Both the position numbers and the translations under genes were made by a program. Of a DNA stretch of 64,000 bases, positions 15,000-24,107 are shown piece after piece (within the stretch, counting starts at the first letter, position 1; the number at the start of each line of letters is the position of its first letter). Origin of the DNA: Betaproteobacteria bacterium. GTDB lineage: Bacteria; Pseudomonadota; Gammaproteobacteria; Burkholderiales; Thiobacteraceae. The DNA lies in assembly GCA_025361165.1 (NCBI GenBank), contig JANYAU010000115.1, positions 836-64,835 of the forward strand, in the 5' to 3' direction. The notes below the pieces were generated by a model. The model was not told the DNA's origin. It was given only the letters and a program-made list of their open reading frames with translations, and did not search any database.

Positions 15000-15027
15000 A
15001 AGACGCAGCGGGTGCGGAGTTTATTCC
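15000..15027 (-). promoter_or_regulatory. ECF-type promoter (GGAATA-N16-CGTCTT) of the TPR operon
   Basis: Minus strand GGAATA AACTCCGCACCCGCTG CGTCTT, ending 21 nt before the TPR ATG. Confidence 0.75.
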
Positions 15028-15084
15028 CGCTTTAAACTGCCATGCGCCAATTAGCGCGAAGCCGTATAATTAAGCCTTTTCCCT

Positions 15085-16815
15085 ATGTCCGACATTAAAT
15101 CACATCTTACCGAATTACTTGCCGCTGCGCTGGCCGCCATCGGCTCCGACTTGCCGCGTGCCGCTATTGAGCTGACGCGCACCAAGCAAGTGGCGCATGG
15201 GGATTTCGCGTGCAATGCGGCGATGCAGTTGGCGAAATCCCTGAAGCGCAATCCACGCCAGGTGGCGAAAGATATCGTCGACGCGTTGCCGCCGTCACCG
15301 TGGGTGGAAAAAACCGAAATCGCCGGCGCGGGCTTCATCAATTTTTTTCTGAGTAACGCCTCCAAGCAACGTGTCGTTTCCGAGATTCTCAACGCAGGCC
15401 ATGCCTTCGGCCGAGCGCCATCAAACGGCCAACGCGTGCAGGTGGAATTTGTCTCCGCTAATCCTACCGGCCCGCTACACGTCGGGCATGGACGCGGCGC
15501 GGCTTTCGGCGCGTCCTTGTGCAATGTGCTCGCCGCCGCCGGCTATGAAGTTGCGCGCGAATATTATGTGAACGATGCCGGACGCCAAATGGATATTTTG
15601 GCGCTCTCGACCTGGCTGCGCTACTTGGAACTCAGCGGCATCAATGTGCCATTCCCGCCCAATGCTTATCAGGGGGATTACGTCCGCGACATGGCAAAGC
15701 TGGTGCAGGTGGCGCACGCTGACCGCTATGTGCACGAGCCGTGGCGCGTGTTGGATGGCGCGCCCACGGTCGAAGAGGATAAAGACGGCCACCTCGATCA
15801 ATTGATCGCCAACGCAAAAACGCTGCTGGGTGAGGATTACGCGTACATCCATAACTTGGTGCTCACCGAGCAACTCGGCGATTGCCGCAACGACCTCACC
15901 GAATTTGGCGTAACCTTCGACACCTGGTTCTCGGAAAAATCCTTGTTCGATAGCGCGTTGGTGGACAAGGCGCTGGCCAAGCTCGAACAGAACGGCTATC
16001 TCTATAAACAAGACGGCGCGACCTGGTTCCGTTCCACGCAATTCGGCGATGAAAAAGACCGGGTAGTGAAACGCGAGAACGGCCAGTTCACTTATTTCGC
16101 TTCCGACATCGCCTATCACCTGAATAAATTCGAGCGCGGTTTCGATCAAGCGATCGACATCTGGGGCGCGGATCATCACGGTTACATCGCACGGGTGAAA
16201 GGCGCGCTTACGGCGATGGGCCTCGATGCAGAAAAGCTCGTCATTTCCTTAGTGCAGTTCGCGGTGCTATATCGCGGCGGCGAAAAGGTCTCGATGTCCA
16301 CCCGCTCCGGCGATTTCGTCACCTTACGCGAACTGCGTAGTGAAGTCGGCAACGATGCGGCGCGTTTTTTCTACGTGCTGCGCAAGAGCGATCAGCATCT
16401 GGATTTCGACCTCGATCTCGCCACCTCGCAAAGCAACGACAATCCGGTGTATTACATCCAATATGCTTATGCACGGTGTTGTTCGGTGCTCGCAAAATGG
16501 GGGGGCGATAGCGCGATGTTGGGCCAGGTGGCGGAACTCGCCCGCCTCGCCACACCCTATGAACTAGATTTATTGCAGCACCTCGAAGCTTACCCGGAGT
16601 CGGTGGAGGTCGCGGCGCGGGAACTTGCGCCGCATCATATTGCCTACTACTTGAGGGAATTGGCGGGGAGTTTCCATAGCTACTATAATGCTGAGCAATT
16701 CCTGGTAGAAGACGAGTCAACGCGTTTTGCACGCCTGGCTTTAGTGAACGCAACCCGCCAAGCGCTCAAGAATGGACTTGAGTTGTTAGGCGTTTCCGCA
16801 CCCGAGAAAATGTGA
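15085..16815 (+). CDS. argS: Arginine--tRNA ligase
   Basis: VSANPTGPLHVGHGRG (HIGH-like), WGADHHGY, MSTRSG, NPVYYIQYAYAR. Confidence 0.97.
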   Translation: MSDIKSHLTELLAAALAAIGSDLPRAAIELTRTKQVAHGDFACNAAMQLAKSLKRNPRQVAKDIVDALPPSPWVEKTEIAGAGFINFFLSNASKQRVVSEILNAGHAFGRAPSNGQRVQVEFVSANPTGPLHVGHGRGAAFGASLCNVLAAAGYEVAREYYVNDAGRQMDILALSTWLRYLELSGINVPFPPNAYQGDYVRDMAKLVQVAHADRYVHEPWRVLDGAPTVEEDKDGHLDQLIANAKTLLGEDYAYIHNLVLTEQLGDCRNDLTEFGVTFDTWFSEKSLFDSALVDKALAKLEQNGYLYKQDGATWFRSTQFGDEKDRVVKRENGQFTYFASDIAYHLNKFERGFDQAIDIWGADHHGYIARVKGALTAMGLDAEKLVISLVQFAVLYRGGEKVSMSTRSGDFVTLRELRSEVGNDAARFFYVLRKSDQHLDFDLDLATSQSNDNPVYYIQYAYARCCSVLAKWGGDSAMLGQVAELARLATPYELDLLQHLEAYPESVEVAARELAPHHIAYYLRELAGSFHSYYNAEQFLVEDESTRFARLALVNATRQALKNGLELLGVSAPEKM

Positions 16816-16816
16816 G

Positions 16817-17392
16817 ATGGCTATTAATCGCGACTACAAAAAAAGAGTTACCGACGGTTTCAAATCCAACAACCCGATGGTCACCGGCATCGTGATCGGC
16901 GTCTTGATCGGTCTGGCGATCGCGTTGATGGTGGCGCTCTATATCAACGCTGCTCCTAGCCCGTTTAGGCAACAGGCAAGCACATCTGCCGCAGGCAAAG
17001 CGGCGGCGAGCCCCAATGGGCAAAAGCCGAACGCGAAAGCAGAGTCGCAGAAAAACCGCTTCACCTATTACGACATCCTCCCCGGCACTGAGCGGCCAGT
17101 GACGGAACAGGAAATCAAGCAAGCCCCGCAAGGCAGCAAAGATCAGTATTACTTGCAAGCAGGGTCGTTCCCAAACGAGACCGATGCGAACAACCTCAAA
17201 GCCAAGCTCGCGTTGATGGGTATCGAAGCCACCATCCAGACGGTCAGCGTGCCGGATAAGGGCGTGTGGCACCGGGTACGCGTTGGCCCATTTAGTGATG
17301 CCGAAGACATGAACACAGCACGTACCACGCTGGCGCAAAACGGCATGCAACCTAGTTTGATTAAAGTGCAAACCACGCCCGCCAAAAACTAA
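16817..17392 (+). CDS. SPOR-domain cell-division protein (FtsN-like)
   Basis: TM helix, FTYYDILP, LQAGSF...WHRVRVGPF; argS-SPOR-dsbA synteny. Confidence 0.88.
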   Translation: MAINRDYKKRVTDGFKSNNPMVTGIVIGVLIGLAIALMVALYINAAPSPFRQQASTSAAGKAAASPNGQKPNAKAESQKNRFTYYDILPGTERPVTEQEIKQAPQGSKDQYYLQAGSFPNETDANNLKAKLALMGIEATIQTVSVPDKGVWHRVRVGPFSDAEDMNTARTTLAQNGMQPSLIKVQTTPAKN

Positions 17393-17398
17393 GGACTC

Positions 17399-18040
17399 AT
17401 GATGCTTACTCGCCGTCATTTTTTGTTCACCGCTGCCGCGTTGCCCTTTATTCCCGGCGCAGCGCACGCGCTGACCCCAGGCAAAGAATATCTGCTGGTG
17501 CAACCGCCGCTCAAAACCTTGGATCCAAAGCGCGTCGAAGTGCTGGAATTTTTCTGGTATGGTTGTCCTCATTGCTTCGCGCTGGAGCCGGATATCCATG
17601 CGTGGGTAAAAACCTTACCCAAGAACGCCTACTTTCGCCGCGTGCCGGCGGTATTTCCCCTAACCCCGCATTGGATGCCGCTCGCACGCGCCTACTACGC
17701 CGCGGAGATGCTGGGCTTGGCGGAGAAACTGCACTATGACATTTTTAACGGTATCCACTTGTCGGGGCAGAATCTCAATGACAAGGAAACACTGCTCAAT
17801 TTTGTGCAGAAGCTCGGTGTGAATCGCAAGCAGTTCGGCCAAGCGCTGGATTCGCCGGAAGTCCAAAACCGCGTGGCGGAGGCTCAGAAGCTGAGCGTCG
17901 CTGCCGGTATACAAGGCGTGCCGGCGCTAGTGATAGATGGCAAATACCAAACTTCGGTGACCCAAACCGGCAGCCCGGAAAAGCTTTTCGCCACGCTAAA
18001 CGAATTGATTTCCCAAGCCCAGCAAAGCAAGAAACGCTAG
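17399..18040 (+). CDS. dsbA: Thiol:disulfide interchange protein DsbA
   Basis: EFFWYGCPHC and GVP cis-Pro motif. Confidence 0.92.
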   Translation: MMLTRRHFLFTAAALPFIPGAAHALTPGKEYLLVQPPLKTLDPKRVEVLEFFWYGCPHCFALEPDIHAWVKTLPKNAYFRRVPAVFPLTPHWMPLARAYYAAEMLGLAEKLHYDIFNGIHLSGQNLNDKETLLNFVQKLGVNRKQFGQALDSPEVQNRVAEAQKLSVAAGIQGVPALVIDGKYQTSVTQTGSPEKLFATLNELISQAQQSKKR

Positions 18041-18081
18041 CCCGCGAAGCCGGCAGCGCCATAATAAAGCGAGCTCATAAA

Positions 18082-18720
18082 TTGACCATTAGCGTCGTAG
18101 TAGTAGACGACCATCCGCTGTTTCGCAAGGGCTTGGAGCATTTGCTCACAGCGTCGGCGGAAGTGAAAATCGCTGCTCAGTTTGCTGATATCGAGAGCAC
18201 CCGCGCGTGGTTGGCGGCCAAGGGCACTGCCGATGTCGTGTTGCTCGATCGCAGTCTGCGCGATGCCGACGGCTTGGCTTTGGTACCGGATTTTAAAGCG
18301 CGCGGCATCAAGGTCATCATGCTTACCATCGCTGAGGAAGATCACGAGATTCGCGACGCCATCGAGCGTGGTGTCGATGGGTATATTCTGAAATCCAGCG
18401 AGCCGGAACAAATTATCCAAGCTATTCACTCGGTACACGGCGGCAATAGCATGTTGCCTTCGCACATCATGCAAAAAATGGCGCGTGGCGAATTGATGCA
18501 AGGCGCTTTCGATAAGCTATCGCAGCGTGAACTGGAGATTGTCAGCTATGTTGCACGCGGCCTTTCCAATCGCGCGATTGGCGAAACCCTAGGGCTCTCC
18601 GAAAACACTGTGCGCAATCATTTGCGCAGCATTCTCGACAAGCTCGGCCTGAAAAACCGGGTCCAAGTCGCCACTCTTGCCTTGAAGCAAGGTCTTTTCC
18701 GGCACCCGGATAAAGTATAA
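18082..18720 (+). CDS. NarL/FixJ-family response regulator (orphan)
   Basis: VDDHPLFR receiver and LuxR HTH (LSQRE...GLSNRAIGETLGLSENTVRNH). Confidence 0.92.
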   Translation: MTISVVVVDDHPLFRKGLEHLLTASAEVKIAAQFADIESTRAWLAAKGTADVVLLDRSLRDADGLALVPDFKARGIKVIMLTIAEEDHEIRDAIERGVDGYILKSSEPEQIIQAIHSVHGGNSMLPSHIMQKMARGELMQGAFDKLSQRELEIVSYVARGLSNRAIGETLGLSENTVRNHLRSILDKLGLKNRVQVATLALKQGLFRHPDKV

Positions 18721-18760
18721 TTCTTAGTACCTTTAGACTTTTATGATGGTTAAAAAGTAC

Positions 18761-18788
18761 TAGACGAATTGGACGTTTATGTTACACT
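18761..18788 (+). promoter_or_regulatory. Sigma-70-type promoter of a putative sRNA
   Basis: TAGACG-N16-TACACT with extended -10 TG (TGtTACACT). Confidence 0.5.
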
Positions 18789-18794
18789 GCGCCT

Positions 18795-18859
18795 GCAAGT
18801 GTGATGCTTGTTTCTGTTCAATAGCGCTTAAGCCCCGACTTCCCTCGGGGCTTTTTTTT
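18795..18859 (+). ncRNA. Candidate small RNA (~65 nt)
   Basis: ORF-free stretch between the promoter above and an intrinsic terminator. Confidence 0.4.
18830..18859 (+). terminator. Rho-independent terminator
   Basis: AAGCCCCGA-CTTCCC-TCGGGGC followed by T8. Confidence 0.85.
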
Positions 18860-19140
18860 GGCCCTAAGGCTGCTTCGCATTAAGCTTCGGTGGCCGCCGC
18901 CGCTAAATCCTCATCTAATTGACTGGTGGTTTGGCCTGTGCCAGCAGCGCTATTAAACGCCTGGCGCAACTTCTGCAAGTAAGGTCCGCCAAATCAAACA
19001 ATAGTTGCGTGGGCTAGTGGCGGAATTCCGTTTTACACGCTCCGGCTTGCGCTACACTGCAATTGGGGCTGCTGCAGACTAAGTGCGCCATCTGAACGCG
19101 GCACTTAATCGAGGCTGAGCAATACACTCATGAGGGCAAA

Positions 19141-20775
19141 ATGCGCGCTGCTACTTTATTTGTAAAATGCCTGGAAGCAGAAGGCGTGGAATTTATCTAC
19201 GGTATCCCTGGCGAGGAAAACCTCGACATCATGGATGCGTTGTTGGATTCGCCCATCACTTTTATCACCACGCGCCACGAGCAGGGTGCCGCCTTCATGG
19301 CGGATGTGCAAGGCCGCCTCACCGGCAAAGCCGGGGTGTGCTTGGCCACCCTCGGGCCAGGTGCGACCAATCTGGTCACTGGCGTCGCCGATGCCAATAT
19401 GGATCACGCGCCGGTAGTCGCCATCGCGGGCCAAGCGCCGACCAATCGCCTACATAAGGAATCGCACCAAGTGCTGGATCTGGTAAATTTATTCCAGCCT
19501 ATCACGCGCTACGCCTCGCAAATTCTCAACCCCGAGGTGATTCCCGAGGTGGTGCGCAAGGCGTTCAAGGTAGCGCAGGGCGCGAAGCCCGGTGCAGCAT
19601 TTATCGACTTTCCCGAGAACATCGCAAGAATTGAAGATATCGGTCTCAAACCGATTCTGCCACGTCCGGTTACCACGCCCTATCCCTCCGAAGTGCGGCT
19701 GGTGGCGGTGGCGAAGATCATCAGCGACGCCGAGTTCCCGCTGATACTTGCAGGCAATGGGCTGGTGCGCGCCAATGCTTGCGATGCTTTGGTGGCTTTT
19801 GCTGAAAAACTCAATATCCCGGTCGCCACCACTTTTATGGCGAAGGGTGCGATACCTTCTTCGCATCCCTTGAGCTTGGGTACGGTCGGATTGCAAGCGC
19901 ACGACTACGTTTCCTGCGGTTTCGACCGCGCGGATGTGGTGATCTGCGTCGGCTACGACTTAGTGGAATATCCGCCTAAGTTGTGGCACCAAACCGGCGA
20001 CCGCAAAATCATCCACATCGATACGCTGCCAGCGGAAGTCGATGCTTATTACAATCTTACTGACGGCGTACTGGGAGACTTTAATGTCACGTTGTCGGAG
20101 CTTGCGAAGCGTGCGTCGCACCACCGCAACAATGGGTATGAGAGTCTGCGCACCGCGATTCTGCATGAGTTGCATGATATGGATGACGACCCGGGATTCC
20201 CAGTCAAACCGCAGCGGATTATCGCCGACTTGCGCCGCGCTTTAGCCCCGGACGACATCGTGATTTGCGACGTGGGCGCGCACAAAATGTGGATGGCGCG
20301 TATGTTTCCGTGCGAAAAGCCCAACACCTGCATCATTTCTAATGGTTTTGCCAGCATGGGTATCGCGGTACCCGGCGCGGTTGCCGCCAAACTGAATTTT
20401 CCGAATCGCAAAGTCGTCGCGGTCACGGGCGATGCCGGGTTCCTGATGAACTCGCAGGAAATAGAAACTGCCATGCGGGTACAAACGCCGTTCGTGATTT
20501 TAATTTGGAACGACGCGAGCTATGGCTTGATCGAATGGAAGCAGCAAAATAATTTTGGACGCTTATCCAACGTAAAATTCAACAACCCCGATTTTGTGAA
20601 GTACGCAGAAGCCTTCGGCGCCACCGGCTACCGCATCACCCGCGCCGAAGATTTGTTACCCACGCTGACCCAGGCGCTGCAACAAAATACAGTGACGATT
20701 ATCGATTGCCCGGTGGATTACAGCGAAAATTTAAAGCTGACCGCCAAATTGGGTGAGATGGTTTGTCCGATTTAG
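19141..20775 (+). CDS. TPP-dependent enzyme, acetolactate-synthase-large-subunit-like (possible 2-oxoglutarate decarboxylase)
   Basis: GIPGEEN, RHEQGAAFMAD, TLGPGATN, GDAGF...NDASYG TPP motif; no small subunit adjacent. Confidence 0.85.
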   Translation: MRAATLFVKCLEAEGVEFIYGIPGEENLDIMDALLDSPITFITTRHEQGAAFMADVQGRLTGKAGVCLATLGPGATNLVTGVADANMDHAPVVAIAGQAPTNRLHKESHQVLDLVNLFQPITRYASQILNPEVIPEVVRKAFKVAQGAKPGAAFIDFPENIARIEDIGLKPILPRPVTTPYPSEVRLVAVAKIISDAEFPLILAGNGLVRANACDALVAFAEKLNIPVATTFMAKGAIPSSHPLSLGTVGLQAHDYVSCGFDRADVVICVGYDLVEYPPKLWHQTGDRKIIHIDTLPAEVDAYYNLTDGVLGDFNVTLSELAKRASHHRNNGYESLRTAILHELHDMDDDPGFPVKPQRIIADLRRALAPDDIVICDVGAHKMWMARMFPCEKPNTCIISNGFASMGIAVPGAVAAKLNFPNRKVVAVTGDAGFLMNSQEIETAMRVQTPFVILIWNDASYGLIEWKQQNNFGRLSNVKFNNPDFVKYAEAFGATGYRITRAEDLLPTLTQALQQNTVTIIDCPVDYSENLKLTAKLGEMVCPI

Positions 20776-20797
20776 GGCTGGTTTGGATTTCCGGCGG

Positions 20798-21775
20798 CTA
20801 TTTAGCCGCCGCCAGCTTTTCCAGTTCTGGCGCATAGCAGGTAACGCAATTCCGCCCGGCCGCCTTAGAGGCGTAGAGCGCTATGTCAGATTGGTGGGTT
20901 AGGGTGGCATAGCCCGGCATACCGGCATGATGTTCGGTCACCCCCATGCTGATAGTGACCCGAATCGGGGTATCATCAAAGATCACGGGTTCCAATGCAA
21001 CCGCTTCGCGTAGCCGTTCGGCGAATTGACGCGCGCCATCAAGCGGCGTTTCGGGCAAGATGAGCACGAACTCTTCCCCGCCATAACGCCCGATGACGTC
21101 CGATGAGCGCAGCTTATCCCGCACCCGTGCCGCGATTTCCACTAACACCTTGTCGCCTGCCAGGTGGCCATACGTATCATTCACTTTTTTGAAGAAATCC
21201 AAGTCGAATAAAATCATCGAGAACGTGCCGCCATAACGCCGCGTCCGATCAAATTCACTGGAAAGCCGGTTTTCCAGGTAGCGCCGGTTGTAGATGCCGG
21301 TCAGGCCGTCGCGGTTGCTAATCTCGGAAATAGTTTCGAGTGCTTGTTTCAGTAGGTTTTGCGCAATCGCGGTATCGGTTGCATCGAATACCATCACGCA
21401 CACGGCTTCCGGTTTTCCCTGTTCTGCTTTCAACGGTAACAGCATGCAATTTTGGTACATGTGATCCGCGCCGCCGGTAATCGGGCGGTTATGCGCGAAG
21501 CGGAATAGATAAGGCCGGTTTTCCCAGGAAATAAATGCAAAATTATTGAGCAGGAATACCGTGTTCACTTTTTTGGTAAACCACGGTTTGGGCAAATCCG
21601 GAAAAGCTTCGAACAGATTCTTGCCGACGACATCTTCCGTCAAGCGGCCGCTATGGTGCGCCATGAAGTTGTTCCAGAGCTGCACCTCGAAGTTTTTATT
21701 CAACACGAAGATGCCGACATCAACCCATTTGACGACGGTTTCAGCGAGGTTGAAAGAGGGCGCGCTGTCGCTCAT
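20798..21775 (-). CDS. PAS-GGDEF diguanylate cyclase
   Basis: N-terminal PAS, DGLTGIYNRR, DLDFFKKVNDTYGH, RYGGEEF. Confidence 0.93.
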   Translation of the reverse strand: MSDSAPSFNLAETVVKWVDVGIFVLNKNFEVQLWNNFMAHHSGRLTEDVVGKNLFEAFPDLPKPWFTKKVNTVFLLNNFAFISWENRPYLFRFAHNRPITGGADHMYQNCMLLPLKAEQGKPEAVCVMVFDATDTAIAQNLLKQALETISEISNRDGLTGIYNRRYLENRLSSEFDRTRRYGGTFSMILFDLDFFKKVNDTYGHLAGDKVLVEIAARVRDKLRSSDVIGRYGGEEFVLILPETPLDGARQFAERLREAVALEPVIFDDTPIRVTISMGVTEHHAGMPGYATLTHQSDIALYASKAAGRNCVTCYAPELEKLAAAK

Positions 21776-21786
21776 GGCAATTTGAT

Positions 21787-22425
21787 TTAGAACGCCGCGA
21801 TAAATTCGTCAATGATGCCGCGGATCTTTTCGATGCCGTCTTCCGGCATGAGCATGGTGAGATGCGCAATGAAGTTCCGGTTCTGGATAGTGAAGTTCAC
21901 TTCCAGCAAGAGCGCGTGACTCCATCGGACTTTTCCCGGATCGATTAACTGTGCCGCCATCACTTGGCGCGCCATGATGGAGGGCATGGAAAAACCGAGT
22001 TCGGTCGAGCCGGTCGTCTCGGTGAATTTGCGAATTTGCTCCATCATGCCACCCAGGCATGCACCCGATAGCACGTTCGCCACATCGAGCAGGAGTTCGG
22101 TTTCGCCGTGTTCACCCAATTCGCCCTCAAAGCCCATTAGATCGGCCAGCGCCTGACAGCCGGGTTCTCCGAAAATGATAATGGCCTCACCCCGCAAATA
22201 ACCTTGAAAAGACTGGCGTGCCGCGCTAACTAAATTATTTTTGCCGACCAGTTCGGCCAATACCGGTGGCAGATCAATGACCGCCACGATGCGGATGCGC
22301 GGCACCGACAAGTCGACGAATTCGTCTAATAGCGTTGCCAGCGACGCCCCGGCCTGACCCATCGCAATGTTGGTCAGTTCTTGTAGTGCATCGTGCTGGT
22401 CGTTAGTGAGGGCAGCTAAATTCAT
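21787..22425 (-). CDS. CheC-like phosphatase
   Basis: DALQELTNIAMG (ExxN) motif and LLDVANVL second motif. Confidence 0.85.
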   Translation of the reverse strand: MNLAALTNDQHDALQELTNIAMGQAGASLATLLDEFVDLSVPRIRIVAVIDLPPVLAELVGKNNLVSAARQSFQGYLRGEAIIIFGEPGCQALADLMGFEGELGEHGETELLLDVANVLSGACLGGMMEQIRKFTETTGSTELGFSMPSIMARQVMAAQLIDPGKVRWSHALLLEVNFTIQNRNFIAHLTMLMPEDGIEKIRGIIDEFIAAF

Positions 22426-22787
22426 ATCACACCATATTGCTTGAGAACGGCGTTCAATACATCTGCCGAAACGGGTTTTTTCACGAAAGCGATTGCCCCC
22501 AAGGACATGACGCGTTCCTGCGCCACCGTTTGAATGTCTGCGGAAACCACGATCACCATGCTGTTGAGTTCCTCTTGGCGCAAAGCTTCCAGCACCTGAA
22601 AGCCGTCCATGTCCGGCATGGTCAGATCGAGAAACATCACGGCGGCTTTGCCTGCGCGATAGGCTGCGATCGCTTCTATACCATTGGCGGCCTGGGAAAT
22701 ATCGACATCCCAGTCGGGTGGTAGCGATTTAATCAGCATCTTGCGCGCCATGGCCGAATCGTCGACGACGAGAATAGGCAGTGACAT
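22422..22787 (-). CDS. Single-domain CheY-like response regulator
   Basis: ILVVDDS...FLDLTMPDMDG...VKKP; start re-assigned to ATG 22787. Confidence 0.9.
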   Translation of the reverse strand: MSLPILVVDDSAMARKMLIKSLPPDWDVDISQAANGIEAIAAYRAGKAAVMFLDLTMPDMDGFQVLEALRQEELNSMVIVVSADIQTVAQERVMSLGAIAFVKKPVSADVLNAVLKQYGVI

Positions 22788-22928
22788 GATTATTCCAAGG
22801 ACCCCAAGTTTTCTAAAAGCTTTAACTGTATCGGCATCCAGACTAAGAAGCTTGAGGACTCGCAAACTAGATGGTTCCCCGTACTAAAGTACGGTTTGGC
22901 ATTGACCACGCGCTATTTTTGCATAGCG

Positions 22929-23693
22929 TCAGTCGAAAAACCCAGCTTCCACCAGTTCCAGTACAAGTTTCGCATAGTCCCGTGCACCGGGACTGGACGG
23001 CGCGAAGGCAAACACGTCTTTGGCCTGGGTGGGGCTAGCGGCTAGCGCGACGTTTTCCACTACCCGGGTTTCGCACAATTGCGCGCCATAGCGCTTTTTG
23101 AGTTGGTCGTAAATATCGAACGACAGCTTGCGCCGGGCATCGAAGCGGGTAAGCAAGATGCGTTTTTCGATTTTGCGGTTGAGCGGGCCTTCCAGGGCTT
23201 TCAGTGCCAAATCGAGTTTGTTCACGCTTTGCAGCGATAAAAAATCCGCCGACACGGGCACCAGTATCCGGTCTGCCGCCAGCACTGCGTTCAGCGATAA
23301 CACGCCCAGCGTGGGGCAGCAATCGATCAAAATCGGCACGCCTTGCTGTGCCAGCGATTCATCTAATCCAGTTTTTAATTTGCGTGCGGCGGCGGCGTTT
23401 TTGCTCTGCAGGGCTTCGATTTTGGAGAGCTCCATATGCGCCGGAATCATGCGCACACCGGACTCCAGTTCCCGCATGAGTGCGGGCAAGGGGGTATTGT
23501 CGCGAAAAAAAGCAGCAATGGATTCGTCGCCGGTAATATGGGTGACGCCTAGAGTAAGGGTCAGGTGCGCTTGCGGGTCGAGATCGATGGCGATTGGGCG
23601 TTTACCCATGCGCGCGAGACCTGCTGTCAGATTAAGCGTGGTGGTGGTTTTGCCGACACCGCCTTTTTGATTGAAGATCGCGATGACGGCCAC
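22929..23693 (-). CDS. ParA/Soj-family ATPase (no parB adjacent)
   Basis: NQKGGVGKTT deviant Walker A, DLDPQA, IDCCPTLG. Confidence 0.9.
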   Translation of the reverse strand: MAVIAIFNQKGGVGKTTTTLNLTAGLARMGKRPIAIDLDPQAHLTLTLGVTHITGDESIAAFFRDNTPLPALMRELESGVRMIPAHMELSKIEALQSKNAAAARKLKTGLDESLAQQGVPILIDCCPTLGVLSLNAVLAADRILVPVSADFLSLQSVNKLDLALKALEGPLNRKIEKRILLTRFDARRKLSFDIYDQLKKRYGAQLCETRVVENVALAASPTQAKDVFAFAPSSPGARDYAKLVLELVEAGFFD

Positions 23694-23995
23694 GGACTAC
23701 TCCAGCGGAGGGATGGGTGCGCGATGGCGCGATAGAACGGCTTGTTTCAGCTGTTCGCACAAAATAAAGTTGGATCGTAAAAACGCGTTAAGTAATTGAC
23801 TCTTATTAACCAGTATTAAATTCGGGAAAAATAAAGTTGTATCGTGAAGCGGCGATCTGATCACAAATATCCCTGGAAACACAAAATAAAGTTGTACCGT
23901 GGCCGTAAGAATAATCTACTTCCTGATGTGGTAGTTACCTGCCTGAAAACAAAATTTCTATTGAGCCGGCATCCGGGGTAAATGGCCTATCGGCC

Positions 23996-24024
23996 ATTAA
24001 ACATAACCACGACTTATGCAAAGT
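23996..24024 (-). other. XerC/XerD dif-like site 1
   Basis: ACTTTGCATAA-GTCGTGG-TTATGTTTAAT versus E. coli dif GGTGCGCATAA-TGTATA-TTATGTTAAAT; 7-nt spacer. Confidence 0.6.
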
Positions 24025-24078
24025 GCGGGCAGTCGCCAATCGAGTTGGCTTGATGCCCGCACCGCTCTGCGTCCTCCG

Positions 24079-24107
24079 GGTTCGCATAAGGGATGGTTAT
24101 GTCTGGT
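24079..24107 (+). other. XerC/XerD dif-like site 2 (inverted relative to site 1)
   Basis: GGTTCGCATAA-GGGATGG-TTATGTCTGGT; 7-nt spacer. Confidence 0.55.

Noticed and set aside
23697..23882. 61-aa ORF
   Set aside because: It lies across the transposon-end repeats and has no protein features.
23752..23960. Three spaced direct repeats as a CRISPR mini-array or iterons
   Set aside because: The repeats are short, non-palindromic and unevenly spaced (67 and 55 bp), and no cas or rep gene is present. An inverted copy near glmS fits TnsB sites better.
23996..24107. The chromosomal dif site
   Set aside because: 7-nt spacers, a paired inverted arrangement, location inside a transposon relic and a probably origin-proximal neighbourhood all argue against it.
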